DNA of 64,000 nt, from the NCBI RefSeq assembly GCF_009914755.1, contig NC_060933.1, one strand, 5' to 3'. The stretch is from the human T2T-CHM13v2.0 reference genome, Homo sapiens. The number at the start of each line of letters is the position of its first letter. Position 1 is the first letter of the stretch. Shown here piece by piece: positions 63,093-64,000 of the stretch. The notes under the pieces are model-generated. The model made no database searches. It was not told the DNA's origin and worked only from the letters and a program-made list of their open reading frames with translations. A program made the position numbers and the translations under genes.

Positions 63093-63491
63093 TGTTAAAA
63101 GAAAAACCTTAGGCAAATTAAATTTAACAGAGTTCGACTGAGCAAAGAATGATTCGCAAATCAGGCAGCCCCCGAACCAAAATACGTTGAAAGAGCTTTG
63201 GCCTGCCTTGTGGTTGAGGAAGATTTATGAACAGAAAAGGGAAAGTGAAGTACAGAAAACAGAAATGAGGTACCGAGACAGCTGGATTGGTTACAACTCA
63301 GCATCTGCCTTATTTGGACATGGTTTGAACAGTTGGCAGCGCTTATTGGCTGAACCCTGGTGATTGGCCCAAGAGTTGGTTACAGTCTGTTTGCACATCT
63401 AGTTAGGTTACAGTTCACTACCTGCTAAGAAACCTTTAGGCTGAACCTAAATTATATAAGGAGGCAGTTTTAGGCTAAGCTCAATTTAACA
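63093..63491 (-). mobile_element. ERV1 solo LTR, MER57-like
   Basis: Minus strand starts TGTTAAATTGAGCTTAGCCTAAAACTGCCTCCTTATAT; TG...CA ends; TSD ag[a/g]t. Confidence 0.82.
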
Positions 63492-63537
63492 AGGTGAAAT
63501 AAGATATAAGGAAACGTAAGAAAAATGAAGGACTTAC

Positions 63538-64000
63538 CACTCAGTTTTCTAAATTTAACTTTTCAGAAAGCCTAATGGTCTTGGTATTGAAGATGCATAC
63601 CTATCTAAACTGGTGGTTCTTGACTTATGAGCCATGATGTGCTTTTAGGTGAGCCACCAAAATTTGATGAATGTGGACAATTAGCGTTTGCTGCAGTGGT
63701 CACTACAGTGGCTTTCCAGAGGAAACATTTTGATTGGATTGAGTGGTAGTGTGTTGTGGAGCAGGGTACGACTTGTGGCACATAAGACATGGGAAGCCTT
63801 ATAGACTGGTTAACAAAACGAGGTCAGTGTTTCAGGCCACATCTGCTCTGCTTTCTGAACTCTCGCACTCTCCTCTGGCTAGTTCCTGCCTGCTTGGTCC
63901 TGAGTCTCTTTGTGGCCCTCTAGATTGGCAGCTTGGCTAAACTGACTGCTTGGCTTTTGATTTTGTTTTTGGCTCTTAGAAGTGGACCCACCCACTCCAA
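63538..64000 (-). pseudogene. Candidate decayed exon running off the window edge
   Basis: Consensus donor G|gtaagt at 63537-63532; 154 codons with 5 stops; ends in phase 1, matching exon 60131. Confidence 0.35.

Overview
Primate (human/great-ape-like) repeat-rich genomic DNA with no intact protein-coding gene. It carries at least 12 Alus, four primate L1PA/L1PB insertions, many old L1M/L2/MIR relics, solo LTRs (MER50, MER57, THE1, MST, MLT1, MLT2) and DNA-transposon MITEs (MER5A, MER44, MER47A, half MADE1). Almost all ORFs in the supplied track are Alu or L1 read-through, or chance. The main unexplained signal is a chain of non-repeat segments on the minus strand (about 64000-63538, 60131-59939, 52349-51752, 51196-50308, 49663-49078, 31192-30035, 19967-18931, 6563-6308). 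They have plausible splice sites, partly compatible phases and mostly stop-poor, protein-like frames, suggesting a decayed multi-exon gene (candidate unitary pseudogene) that I cannot name. Clear mechanistic scars are an L1 with a ~90-bp 3' transduction inside its TSDs, a twin-primed 5'-inverted young L1, a 47-bp templated insertion copied from 2 kb away, and an AT-rich 116-bp palindrome. Repeat subfamily names come from recalled consensus sequences and their boundaries are approximate unless a TSD is quoted.
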